This document shows, piece by piece, positions 11,801 to 24,450 of a DNA stretch of 64,000 nucleotides (its first letter is position 1; each line of letters opens with the position of its first letter). The stretch is from Mobula hypostoma (taxonomy: Eukaryota), in assembly GCF_963921235.1 (NCBI RefSeq), contig NC_086108.1:84942001-85006000 (forward strand), read 5' to 3'. The position numbers were made by a program, and so were the translations under genes. The notes under the pieces are model-generated. The model did no database searches and had not been told where the DNA came from. It saw only the letters and a program-made list of their open reading frames with translations.

Positions 11801-13076
11801 TGCGTGGCAGGTCATGTTTGACCAATCTATTGGAGTTTTTCGAGGAGGTTACCAGGATGAAGGGTAGGCAGTGGATGTTGTCTACATGGACTTCAGTAAG
11901 GCCTTTGACAAGGTCCCGCATGGGAGGTTAGTTAGGAAAATTCAGTCGCTAGGTATACATGGAGAGGTGGTAAATTAGATTAGACATTGGCTTAATGGAA
12001 GAAGCCAAAGAGTGGTAGTAGAGGATTGCTTCTCAGGGTGGAGGCCTGTGACTAGTGGTGTGCCACAGGGATCAGTGCTGGGTCCATTGTTATTTGTCAT
12101 CTATATTAATGATCTGGATGATAATGTGGTAAACCGGATCAGCGAATTTGCTGATGATACAAAGATTGGAGGTGTAGTGGACAGTGAGGAAGGTTTTCAA
12201 AGCTGGCAGAGGGACTTGGACCAGCTGAAAAACTGGGCTGAAAAATGGCAGATGGAGTTTAATACTGACAAGTGTGAGGTATTGCACTTTGGAAGGACAA
12301 ACCAAGGTAGAACATACAGGGTAAATGGTAAGGTACTGAGGAGTGCAGTAGAATAGAGGGATCTGGGAATACAGATACAAAATTCCCTAAAAGTGGCGTC
12401 ACAGGTAGATAGGGTCGTAAAGAGAGCTTTTGGTACATTGGCTATTATTAATCAAGGTATTGAGTATAAGAGCTGGATTGTTACGATGAGGTTGTAAAAG
12501 GCATTGGTGAGGCCGAATCTGGAGCATTATGTTCAGTTTTGGTCACCAAATTACAGGAAGGATATAAATAAGATTGAAAGAGTACAGAGAAGGTTTACAA
12601 GGATGTTGCCGGGACTTGAAAAACTCAGTTACAGAGAAAGGTTGAATAGGTTAGGACTTTATTCCCTGGAGCGTAGAAGAATAGGGGAGATTTGATAGAG
12701 GTATATAAAATCATGATGGGTATAGATAGAGTGAATGCAAGCAGGCTTTTTCCACGGAGGCAAGGGGAGAGAAAAACCAGAGGACATGGGTTAAGGGTGA
12801 AAGGGGAAAAGTTCAAAGGGAACATTAGGGGGGGCTTCTTCACACAGAGAGTGGTGGGAGTGTGGAATGAGCTGCCAGACAAGGTGGTTAATGCGGGTTC
12901 TTTTTTTTTTTAACATTTAAGAATAAATTGGACAGATACATGGATGGGAGGTGTATGGAGGGATATGGTCCGTGTGCAGGTCAGTGGGACTAGGCAGAAA
13001 ATGGTTCGGCACAGCCAAGAAGGGCCAAAAGGCCTGTTTCTGTGCTGTAGTTTTTCTATGGTTTTCTATGGTTTCT
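8899..13076 (+). mobile_element. Near full-length CR1 LINE: 5' UTR, ORF1 (Zn finger plus SGNH esterase, ~9140-10065), ORF2 (APE endonuclease plus RT, ~10068-12920), microsatellite tail
   Basis: ORF1 CSSC..CKKC, GDSIVR, HIGTND, DGLHLN. ORF2 FNARS, SETW, GDFN, SDH, QHGF, GVPQGSVLGP, FADDTK. Tail (ttttctatgg)n. Flanked by aatt on both sides. Several stops and frameshifts. Confidence 0.95.
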
Positions 13077-13515
13077 AATTGATGTCTCTGGGCCTTTACT
13101 TGCTGGAATTTAGGAGAATGAAGTGGGAGGGAGGGGATCTCATTGAAAGCTGTCAAATGTTGAAAGGCCTAGATATGTTGGATGTGGAGAGGATGCTTCT
13201 TATGGTGAGGGAGTCTAGAACCCAGGGCACAGCCTCAGAATAGAGAAAATCCATTTAGAACCGAGATCAGGAGGAATTTCTTTAGCCAGAGGGTGGTGAA
13301 GCTGTGGAATTCTTTGCCATATGTGGTTGTGAAGGCCAGGTTATTGGGCGTATTTAAGGCAAGTTGATAGGTTCTTGATTAGTCAGGGTATGAAAGGTTA
13401 CAGGGACAAGACAGGAGAATGGGTCTGAGAAGGAACTAGATCAGCCATGATGAAATGACGGAGCAGACATGATGGGCCAAATGGTCTAATTCTGCTCCCA
13501 TGTCTTATAGTCTAT
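13077..13515 (+). mobile_element. 3' end of the older CR1 that hosts the 8899-13076 insertion
   Basis: RRNFFSQRVVKLWNSLP-type coding remnant and CR1 3' UTR ending ctaattctgctcccatgtcttat. Confidence 0.8.
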
Positions 13516-13799
13516 TTTATCATATTTCAAGTAGAATGAGCACCTTCAAAATAACACAATAAAAGATGTGTATACTCAGATTGTGACATACAAATTAAGC
13601 AAGGTTAGGGCATAGCTTTTTAGATTTGGTGTAAATGGTACTACCCTTGCTGCGTCAGGGCTGACTGCAGGGACCAAGTTCAACATAGCTAATGTGGTAA
13701 ACTCTGTTACAAGAGTGGTTGTACCATCCTTGCAGGTTAGAAAGTTGTGGGTTCTGGAATTTTACCTCATAATCTATAATCAAAATTCAATTCAATAAT

Positions 13800-14475
13800 G
13801 CTCCTTTTCCGCGTTCTACCTTTTGGACGAGACATCAAATTAAGGGCCTATCTATTCTCTCAGAGGAGCTCATAAAAAGATTTGACGACATTAATCCAAA
13901 AAGCAAGGTCAGCACAATTCAAATATATAAAGTTAAGCAAACACAGTTTCTTTAACTTCGTCCTAAACTGCTAAAATGCAGCCACTAACTTCAAGAATTA
14001 ACCCAAAGTCAATTTTAAAATTCAAAGTACATTAAACACACATATTCTTGGGCTTGTGAGATTTGTCATGCCCATAGCACTTCCAGCAGCTCTTTACAGT
14101 AGCTTCCACTTCTATTTTTATGACAAATTTAGTATAAATCTAACCGTTCACAATTTCAGGGTTAATTATATGTTGATTATTATGCTGAAAGCTCTGATGG
14201 GCCGACTCAGTGTCAATTTTACCAAATACCAGTTGGTTCATGCAAGGTTTTCATGATGAAATAAAAATATACATCTCATTAAGTATGTAATTTAATCCCA
14301 ACTGCAAAATTTGTTAATTACATAGCAATTTACACTACGCTGCATTCAGAGTATACAAGAAAATAAGAGAAAAGTCCCCTTTCAAGTTCCACCATTTGGA
14401 TGAGACATTAAATTGAGGCCCTGTTTATTCTCTTACAAGATTTAATGAAATAAAGCCCTAATCCAAAAAGCAAAA
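13800..14475 (+). repeat. Two diverged ~100 bp copies (13805-13905 and 14380-14473) resembling the Deu-SINE core domain
   Basis: ttggacgagacatcaaattaagggcctatctattctct and ttggatgagacattaaattgaggccctgtttattctct, both ending taatccaaaaagcaa. Confidence 0.5.
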
Positions 14476-17239
14476 CAATAATTTTGGAAACTATTACTGT
14501 TAATAGGACTTTCTAATATCTTGTGCTCCTGCAAATTATTTAAAAAGTTTCTTCATGAACACAGCAGTTCGAGACTCTAGGCATATACAGTATTCTGTTG
14601 TGTCTTGTCAAATCATCTTTTTTCACAAAAAATTGATATGCTTTAAAGTTATAACACAGAAGGAAGAAACCAGATTGTGTCAACCTTTCAACCTGTATCC
14701 AAGCAAATACCTCTTGTGATTTTTTGATCTATATTTTTCCAGATCATTTTAGCCTCTTACCCAATGCAATGTACTGTACATCTGAGTCCAGATTCATAGG
14801 GCAGCACAATAGCTATAAGGAAAAGATTAGATGGACTAACCTTCCTGTTTAATATTTCAGCTACTTAGCAATTTGAGAAAATAGAATTGTTTCTTGCTCA
14901 AAACTATTAACCCCAGGAAATGAATTTAACAGCCTTACAGTTCTATGCTGAATCTCTAACTCCTAAATCTTGATCCAAGCAACAATAGAAACACCTGGTC
15001 CTCTCTCTTCAGTTCATGGCTAAATTGTTGAAAATATCTTACACTTTTCTGTAATATCTGGTGCAAAATTTCCAATGTTTTCATGTCTTTCGTGAATCTG
15101 TAGTTCCTCATACCACTTGACTGTAGCTGGAATTCCACAATTAATGGTTACAGGTCTCCCTTCACTTATGAAGGAAAATATTTTAGTCTGTGAAAACTCA
15201 TAAATTAATGTTAATTTATGTGTTTCCCATCAGTTTCACCATAAAAGCTGTTTGTATTCCAGAGCTCTTTTGCAAAAGTCCCTTAAAGTACACCAACACA
15301 AGTATCTCAAATAACCATACTTGTAAGGAAATAATATTATCGCCTCATCAGATGAGACATGTCGTCGTTCTCTATTCTTGCCCTTCCACCATTTATAAGA
15401 GCATGTCAAACACTCTCCAAACACTTGCTTTCTCCGTCAGCCCACATCTACCCCTTCAAATAGGCCTTTGACCCCCAACCTCACCACATCCCCAGCTCTT
15501 CCAAACTCTTTCGGCTTCTTGCTGTCCACAATTCCACGCTCCCACAAGATTAATTATTTTGGCCACTGCTGAGACCATACTGTTGCCGCATAACAAATCT
15601 CACGCTGTACAAGACAGCGATAATAAACCGGACTCTGATTCTACACCTGGAACACTGCGTACAATATGGGTTTCCCTGTTTAAGAAAGGAAGGATATTAA
15701 TGTTTTGGAAACAGTTCAGAAAGGTTTATCAACGGACATCTGAAACAGATGACTTTATCTCAAGAGAAAAGAGAGGGTAGAGTGAGCTTTTGCTGGGATT
15801 TAGAAAAGTGAACAACAATTTGATTGAAACTTCTAAGATATTGACAGGATGCATGTTTTGGTATTTGTCTTGTGGAAGATTCAGGATGGCACTGGAAATA
15901 TTCTGCTGGCTGCTCACAAAACTGCCAGCTTTTCCACTAAGTATACTTTTTCTGCACTGCAATCACTGCAATCCACAGTCTGTAATTTCCCCTTTAAGAG
16001 GGTCGCTTTTGAACCATCTAAACAATCTAGTGATTTTGCAGTCTCCTAAGGGACTCAGCTAACTGAACTATCGAGAATGCTGCTGCTACTTCCATTGCTG
16101 GAGTGGATTGAAGTGGATTGAAGCGGCGGGGCCAAGCCCCAAGAGCAAAAACTGAACTGATGTTTAGCCGATTTAAGCAATAAGCCAGATGAAAGAGGGC
16201 AGAGGACCAACTGGTACTCAGTTCACTTCTATGTGTCAGCCAAACCCCCCTCAATAAGCCTGTCCCATCTGCCTGGGTTTGACCTGTCTCCATCTCTTCT
16301 CGCTGCTGCTGTGGGACAGGTGGCAGAGGAATCTTGGGTTCCACACAGCTAGGTTCGGGAGCAGATGTTATCTTGTAGCTGTCAGGCTACTGGACAGGCT
16401 TCACACACCTCTGCGTTGACCTGACTCTGCAGCTGTGGCCTGCACCGTCACGTCCAGAAGACACCCTCAGCTTGTTTCCAGGAGGAAAACTAATATGACC
16501 TTTGGTTACCATGAAGCCAAGAAATGTTCTTTCGTGCCTCGAGATTAATATGCTTGAAGGAATTCTATTTTGAAAGATGTTGTTTAGGGGGTCAGATCTT
16601 TGGAAAATTTTATGCCACCATGGTACTTGGACCTGCTGTCTCACCTGCTTGATGGATTTTAAGCAGGCTTGCATACCTCTTGACATGCTCAACCTGGCTC
16701 TGGACGGCCATCAATTTATAACTTATCAACATTTCCAGAAAACCATCACTCACCAAATTAATCACACTTTCCCCTGAATCATCATCTAAGGCAGGGTCAC
16801 ATGCCACTGATCTCAACACATACTTACTTTCTATTCTATGACAATACCCCATTGTTCTTTGTAGCACATGATGAATTGCCACTGATAATACATCACTACA
16901 ATCAATAGAAGTTTTTCTTCCATTTGACATTAGTTTCCACAGCCAATTACTGTATATCAGTTAACTGCTATTTCTTATATAAACAGCAATACATTTCAGA
17001 GCACGTGTTGGAGGAATAGACGACAATCTGTATTGACAAAGATTTTCATGCCTGGTTCAACTGCTGCTTATTGGTATATTAAGGAGTATTCACTGTAATG
17101 CAAAAACGTTTTGTAAATTAGGTTAACATGTACTCTAAAGAATCAAAAGCAACATAGCAAAAGTATGTCTGATCTTAAGTTGCTAATTTGAAGAAGATCT
17201 GCATTTAAACAAATGGTCACCTGCAACTAATGAATATTG

Positions 17240-17570
17240 AAAGCCTTAGATAGAGTGAATGTGGAGAAGATGTTCCCTTTGGTGTCTAGGACTACAGGGT
17301 ACAACTTCAGAATGCAAGGATATCCCTTTAGAAGAGATGAGGAGGAATTTCTTTAGTCATAGGGTAGTGAATCTGTGGAATTCAGTGGCCAAATCATTGG
17401 GTATATTTAAAGCAGAAGTTGATACGTTCTTGATTAATCAGGGCATCAAAGGTTACAGGAAGAGGGCAGTAGAATAGAGTAAAAGGGGATAATAAATTAG
17501 TCATGATGGAACGGTGGAGCAGACTCAATGGGCCAAATGGCCTAATTCTGCTCCTATGTCTTTTGTTCTT
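17240..17570 (+). mobile_element. CR1 3' end fragment
   Basis: EMRRNFFSHRVVNLWNS...LGIFKAEVD plus CR1 3' UTR. Confidence 0.8.
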
Positions 17571-18369
17571 ATACCCTACCCCTTTAATGTCACAAATCCA
17601 TTCAAGAATTAGCACTGAGCATCAAGAACTTCGGCTGATGTTACCTAGGACCTCACAGGGCATATTGCAGCATCTCTACTGTTCCTCTGCCTGAAATGAG
17701 CCACTCACATCTCCGATCAACACACAAAAGTGCTGGAGGACTTTACAGTTCAGGCAGCATCGACAGAAGGTAATAAACAACCCATGGATCAGGCAAAGAT
17801 CCTTCATCAGAACTATCCATTTTGTGAGTTGCTCAAGATTTACAACATCAACTGAATCACAGATCAAATATGTGTTTTTGATGAACTATATTAAATTTCA
17901 TTGTTCTTTGAATTTCTGCAAATGGAAGTGAGTGATTAAATCAGCATCCCTGCTAGGAATTATCCAGAAAAGAAATATGGTAATTCAACATCTCTTTCTG
18001 GCTTGAAAAAGGCATTCCGCCAGTGCCTTTTGGCATAGATGGATTGATTACCAGCATTTTTTTCCCCAGGGTGCCAAAGGCCAATACCAGAAAACATCCA
18101 TTTAAGTTAAAAGAAGGTAAGTATAGGGAAGATGTCAGAGGAAGTTTTAAACAGAGTTGTAAGTGCCCGGAATGTACTGCTAGGAATGGTGGTAGAGGCC
18201 AATACATTAGGGACATTTAAGAGACTTTTAGATAGGTACATGGATGTACGGTAAATGGGGGGTTATGGGCTGTGGAGGAAGGAAGGGTTAGATTAGAATC
18301 AGGTTTATTATCACTGACATGTGAGGTGAAATTTGTTAACTTAGCAGCAGTTCAATGCAATACATAATC

Positions 18370-18372
<3 letters not shown>

Positions 18373-18400
<28 letters not shown>
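18373..18400. repeat. (GA)n microsatellite inside a LINE tail
   Basis: Perfect GA run. Confidence 0.9.
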
Positions 18401-18404
<4 letters not shown>

Positions 18405-19019
18405 AATAATAAAATAAAACATAAATAAACAAGTAAAACAATTACGTATATTGATTATTTAAAAATGTGCAAAAACAGAAATACTGTATATTAAAAAGGT
18501 GAGGTTGAGTAGGTTATATAGGTTGGCACAACACTGTGGGCTAAAGGGCCGGCACTGTGCCGTACTATTCTACTTAACCAGTCGAGTGCACAAAAGAATG
18601 GAATACATTAATGCATGTTCCACACAGCACAAGTTCTAAATACAAAATCATGGCAATGCTTTGCAAGTCAGTGTATGTTCTAAACAAGGTCTTCAATCTT
18701 AAATATTCGCACCATTTCTCTTTCCATGGATGCTGCTATATTATAGCTGTATCAAGAGCAAAGGGATGGCTAGGAAGAGAGTCCTTCTCCTCAGAGGTCA
18801 GCAGGGCTGCCTGGGTCTCAAGTCACACAAGAGATGGTGGGAATTTTCATGAGCATTTCTTCTCAGTAAACTGAGACTAAGTTAGTTATTGATGCATATG
18901 ACGCATTTCACTGTATGTTTCAACATTTCAATGTATGTGTGACAAGTAAAGCTAATCTTTATCTTTAAATCTAAATGTTATTCTGGAGGTTATCTGTATT
19001 ACCAGGGAAAAGGTAGTTG

Positions 19020-20150
19020 AAGCCTTACTTTAATCCCCAGGGCTGACCAAATGTAGCCTTGGATTGTGTGGGATACCAGAGAAGAAATTGCAGGGGCCCT
19101 TGTGGAAGTTAATTGCTTCATCATGAGCCATGGGTGAGGCTCCTGAAGACGTGAAGGTGACAAATGTTGTTCTATTGTTTAAGGTTAGCAATAACAAGCC
19201 AGGGTACTACAGCACTGTCAACCTGACAACACCAACCCATGCAACTCATCATTCCGAGAAACAATTTTCAACTACAAGGGAAGTCAACTGGAGGCAATTC
19301 TGAAGGAAAGGATCTGCCAGCATTTGGATAGTCAAGAGTATGATTTGGGGGGCGGGGGGGAGGGGGGGCAGTGGATGTTGTCTATTTGGACTTTAACAAG
19401 GCTTTAGATATGCTAGGCTGGTCTAGAAGGTGAGGTCCCATGGAAACCAGGGAGAGCTAGTAAGGTAAATTCAAAATTGGCTTGGAGAAAGGAAGCATAA
19501 GGTTGTGGTTGAAACTTGTTTTTCGGAATGATGAGTTGCATGGGTTGGTATTGGGACCCTTGTAATTTGTTATTTATAAAACTGATTTGGATGTGAAGAC
19601 ACAAGACTAGATCAGCAAGTTTGCAGATGACAGGGGGATCTTATAATCAGGGCATCAAAGGTTACAGGAAGAGGGCAGTAGAATAGAGTAAAAGGGGATA
19701 ATAAATTAGTCATGATGGAACGGTGGAGCAGACTCAATGGGCCATTTTGTTGAAGTTGGAGAAGTCATCATTGAGGCCACACTTGGAGCACTGTGTACAA
19801 TTTTGGTCATCCTGTAATTGGAATAATACATTTAAGAGCACAGAAGGCTTACAAGGATATTGCCAGGACTAGAAAGTCTGAGTTACAGAGAGAGGTTGAC
19901 CAGGCTGGGTAGATATTCCTTGGAACGCATGAGATTGAGGGGCAAACTTACAGAAATGTTTAAAAATATCAGAGGCATAGATAAGGCGAATGGTAACAGG
20001 TTTCTCCCCAGTGCAAGGTAGTTGAAATATAGGAAGCACAGATATAGGGTGAGAGCAAGAATATTTAAAAAGGACCTGAGGAGCAAGTTTTTCATAGTCT
20101 GCATGGACTCAACTGGCCGAAGGCCTGTACCTGTGTTGCACTGCTCTATG
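19020..20150 (+). mobile_element. Old, internally deleted CR1 RT fragment
   Basis: Remnants of ANVVPLFK, VDVVYLDFNKA, SKFADD and RPHLEHCVQFWS. Confidence 0.75.
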
Positions 20151-20564
20151 ACTGCCGTTCTATGTGCTATAAATGATGAACTACGGGCCCTGCACCAATC
20201 CCCTGTGGCACTTCGCTAGTCTCAGGCTACCAGTCCAAAAAACAATCTTCTACCATCACTCTCTGCTTCCCAATAGCAAGCTAATTTTTTAATGCAGTTA
20301 GCTATCTCTCCCTGGAACCCATGTGATTCAGACCTTATAGACTAGCTTTTTCCTTTTCATTTTAGGTTTTCATCATCTGCAGTTTTTCAACATACATGCT
20401 TGCAGACTATTAATCTTACAGCTCTTTCTCTGCCAGGACAAATGTGTTGCATTGATTCTTTGTATCTGTATTTTTCAAAGTCTACTTAAATCCTTTAAGA
20501 TGGATGCACAACCGTGAATAAATTTACTCATAGAGAGTACCATAAATCAGATTAAAGTAAAATA

Positions 20565-23102
20565 TCTGTCCTCAGTAAGGGCCTCACGTTTGTCCCCCTT
20601 CGCCCACACCTCAGCGAGTTCCGTGTTCGCCACGATGCGGAACTTTTCTTCCGCCGTCTCCGTCTCCGAGCCTACTTCTTCGGCAAGGACTCTTCCACCC
20701 CCACCGATGACCGCTTCTCCCGTCTTCATCCCTCCTCTTCTTCATGGACACCCCGCTCTGGTCTTCTGCCTGCTCTGGATCTCTTTATTGCCAACTGCCG
20801 ACGGGACATCAACCGTCTCGACTTCACCGCACCTTGTCCCCATTCCAACCTCACTCCTTCGGAACGCTCTGCTCTCCACTCCCTCCGCACTAATCCTAAC
20901 ATTATTATTAAACCCGCTGATAAGGGGGGTGCTGTTGTAGTCTGGCGTACTGACCTCTACCTTGCCGAGGCACAGCGACAACTCGCGGATACCTCCTCTT
21001 ATTTACCCCTCGATCGTGACCCCACTAAGGAGCACCAGGCCATTGTCTCCCACACTATCAATGACTTTATCCGCTCAGGGGATCTCCCATCCACTGCTAC
21101 CAACCTTATAGTTCCCACACCCCGCACTTCCCGTTTCTACCTCCTACCCAAGATCCACAAACCTGCCTGTCCTGGCCGACCTATTGTCTCAGCTTGCTCC
21201 TGCCCCACCGAACTCGTTTCTGCATACCTCGACACTGTTTTATCACCCCTTGTTCAATCCCTTCCGACCTATGTTCGTGACACTTCTCACGCTCTTAAAC
21301 TTTTCGATGATTTTAAGTTCCCTGGCCCCCACCGCTTTATTTTCACCTTGGATGTCCAGTCCCTATATACTTCCATCCCCCATCAGGAAGGTCTCAAAGC
21401 TCTACGCTTCTTTTTGGATTCCAGACCTAATCAGTTCCCCTCTACCACCACTCTGCTCCGTCTAGCAGAATTAGTCCTTACTCTTAATAATTTCTCCTTT
21501 TGCTCCTCCCATTTCCTCCAAACTAAAGGTGTAGCTATGGGCACCCGTATGGGTCCTAGCTATGCGTGCCTTTTTGTTGGGTTTGTGGAACAATCTATGT
21601 TCCGTGCCTATTCTGGTATCTGTCCCCCACTTTTCCTTCGCTACATCGACGACTGCATTGGCGCTGCTTCCTGCACGCATGCAGAACTCGTTGACTTTAT
21701 TAACTTTGCCTCCAACTTTCACCCTGCCCTCAAGTTTACCTGGTCCATTTCTGACACCTCCCTCCCCTTTCTAGATCTTTCTGTCTCTGTCTCTGGAGAC
21801 AGCTTATCCACTGATGTCTACTATAAGCCTACTGACTCTCACAACTATCTGGACTATTCCTCTTCTCACCCTGTCTCTTGCAAAAACGCCATCCCCTTCT
21901 CGCAATTCCTCCGTCTCCGCCGCATCTGCTCTCAGGATGAGGCTTTTCATTCTAGGACGAGGGAGATGTCTTCATTTTTTAAAGAAAGGGGCTTCCCTTC
22001 CTCCACTATCAACTCTGCTCTTAAACGCATCTCCCCCATTTCACGTACATCTGCTCTCACTCCATTCTCCCACCACCCCACTAGGAATAGGGTTCCCCTG
22101 GTCCTCACCTACCACCCCACCAGCCTCCGGGTCCAACATATTATTCTCCGTAACTTCCGCCACCTCCAACGGGATCCCACCACTAAGCATATCTTTCCCT
22201 CCCCGCCTCTCTCTGCATTCCGCAGGGATCGCTCCCTACACAACTCCCTTGTCCATTCGTCCCCCCCCATCCCTCCCCACTGATCTCCCTCCTGGCACTT
22301 ATCCGTGTAAGCGGAACATGTGCTACACATGCCCTTACACTTCCTCCTTTACCACCATTCAGGGCCCCAAACAGTCCTTCCAGGTGAGGCATCACTTCAC
22401 CTGTGAGTCGACTGGGGTGATATACTGCGTCCGGTGCTCCCGATGTGGCCTTTTATATATTGGTGAGACCCGACGCAGACTGGGAGACCGCTTTGCTGAA
22501 CATCTACGCTCTGTCCGCCAGAGAAAGCAGGATCTCCCAGTGGCCACACATTTTAATTCCACATCCCATTCCCATTCTGACATGTCAGACACGGCCTCCT
22601 CTACTGTAAAGATGAAGCCACACTCAGGTTGGAGGAACAACACCTTATATTCCGTATGGGTAGCCTCCAACCTGATGGCATGAACATTGACTTCTCTAAC
22701 TTCCGCTAGGCCCCACCTCCCCCTCGTACCCCATCTGTTACTCTTTTTAATGCACACATTCTTTCTCTCACTCTCCTTTTTCTCCCTCTGTCCCTCTGAA
22801 TATACCTCTTGCCCATCCTCTGGGTCACCCCCCCCCCCGTCTTTCTTCACGGACCTCCTGTCCCATGATCCTCTCGTATCCCCTTCTGCCTATCACCTGT
22901 CCAGCTCTCGGCTCCATCCCTCCCCCTCCTGTCCTCTCCTATCATTTTGCATCTCCCCCTCCCCCTCCAGCTTTCAAATCCCTTACTCACTCCTCCTTCA
23001 GTTAGTCCTGACGAAGGGTCTCGGCCTGAAACGTCGACTGCGCCTCTTCCTATAGATGCTGCCTGGCCTGCTGCGTTCACCAGCAACTTTGATGTATGTT
23101 GG
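20565..23102 (+). mobile_element. Penelope-like retroelement (Neptune-type): RT, Cys linker, GIY-YIG endonuclease and 3' pseudo-LTR; 5'-truncated and young
   Basis: Stop-free frame from ~20556 to 22283 (LSKGLTF, KPADKGGAVVVW, FYLLPKIHK, GRPIVS, DVQSLYTSIP, GVAMG, RYIDD, FLDL, YYKPT). After a frameshift: CKRNMCYTC and VIYCVRCSRCGLLYIGET. Ends NIDFSNFR* at 22709. Confidence 0.95.
22999..23040 (+). ncRNA. Minimal type I hammerhead ribozyme, intact core
   Basis: cagttagtc-CTGACGA-agggtctcggcct-GAAA-C-GTC-gactg: CUGANGA and GAAA boxes, GUC cleavage triplet, stem I gtc/gac, palindromic ACGU stem III. Confidence 0.85.
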
Positions 23103-24269
23103 TTGTATTATTAGGAGTAACATTTTGAAGTTGAAACAAGGTTAGACTGAATCAACACAATTAAGTTATCATTAAATTACTTCCACAAAGCTAACAATGG
23201 AGGCTTTCAAATACTGTACAAAGAATAAACCAAGAGGAAGCATACACTAAGAAAATAGAAACTCTTTATTCCAGAGACACAAGTGACTGCAGAGTCTCTA
23301 GTCTGGATCAAAAATAAATTGGTGTAGGAACTCAGCAGGTCAAGCAGCATCCTCTCCACATCCATTTTATCAAGGCTTTTCACTATTCTATAGGTTTCAA
23401 TGAGGTCACCTTCTTCTCCAGAATTCTAGTGAATATACCCAGAGCCATGAAAGGCTCTCATTATTTAGCGGCATAGCGTCCCAAATAAACGAAGGGAATT
23501 CCACCTATTTTCTCAATCAGCTTTAAGGGTTGTCCCAAATAAGCAGCTGTGCTGATTAACCAATGGCTCAAATAATGTGGGTGAGAAAGTGGAAACAATT
23601 GTTAAAAAAGGAGGAGAAAATACAGATATGCAGCCACTCTGTATATTTAGGTATGAAAGCACAAATGTACGGCTAGCTTAAATCTGTTCTAATGTAACTC
23701 AAGCCACTACTTGCTAAAGTAAATAGCAAAACACCTCAAACATGAACCTTTGTTTTACAAATTTAATACAAGAACAGGTTTAATTATCAGATGGTAAACT
23801 TTAAAGCATGTTTTGCCCTTTTTAAGAAACCCTTTAACACATGAAAGACATCAGATTAAAAGGCTTTGAAACATAAGAACCACACCAATAAACAGAAATA
23901 AGTAAATTAAAAGGTTCCTAAAATATTACAATTCATTCTGAAAAAGTTGTGGAATGTTTGGATAACATTGCATGTCTATGGGACTACATAAAGTAATTAA
24001 AGTAAGGTACATTCTCATTTTAACATGTCCATTCTGCCTGAAACCAGATAATTCTTCTCTTAAAAAAATCTTCTCTAAAGCAACACTAGAACTTGAAGAC
24101 TTTGATGATAGTTTATAAATGAAAGGCCTGATACCTGTCTCCAGGAATTGCTGCCCATGGTATCTCCAGTTTCATACCTACTCGTTTAAATTTGCTGACA
24201 CAAAACATCCAAGACACTCATATTTCCTTACAACATATAAGGACAACCATTTTAGGCCACTGACTCCAT

Positions 24270-24450
24270 GCCAGTCCACAAAATAATTCCAAGGCTATTT
24301 GCAGTTAACTAACCAATCCATATTCCTTCGGAATGTGTGGAGGAGAACCTGGGAGAAAGCCATGTAATCAAGGAAAGAATGTGCAACCTCCAACAAACAG
24401 CTGTGGAAGTAACAGTGAATCCAGGTTGCTGAAAAACCGTGATGCTTACT
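24270..24450 (-). mobile_element. Degenerate V-SINE (HE1-like) fragment
   Basis: Reverse complement resembles the V-domain ...gcacattctttccttgattacatggctttctcccaggttctcctccacacattcc. Confidence 0.55.

Noticed and set aside
13624..13737. Exon-like plus-strand segment (tttttag...CAG|GTTAG) with an open frame
   Set aside because: No recognisable protein, no partner exons, and antisense to the host gene.
20556..22709. Possible selenocysteine recoding, as reported for some Penelope-like clades
   Set aside because: No in-frame TGA at Cys positions, and the Cys motifs use ordinary codons.
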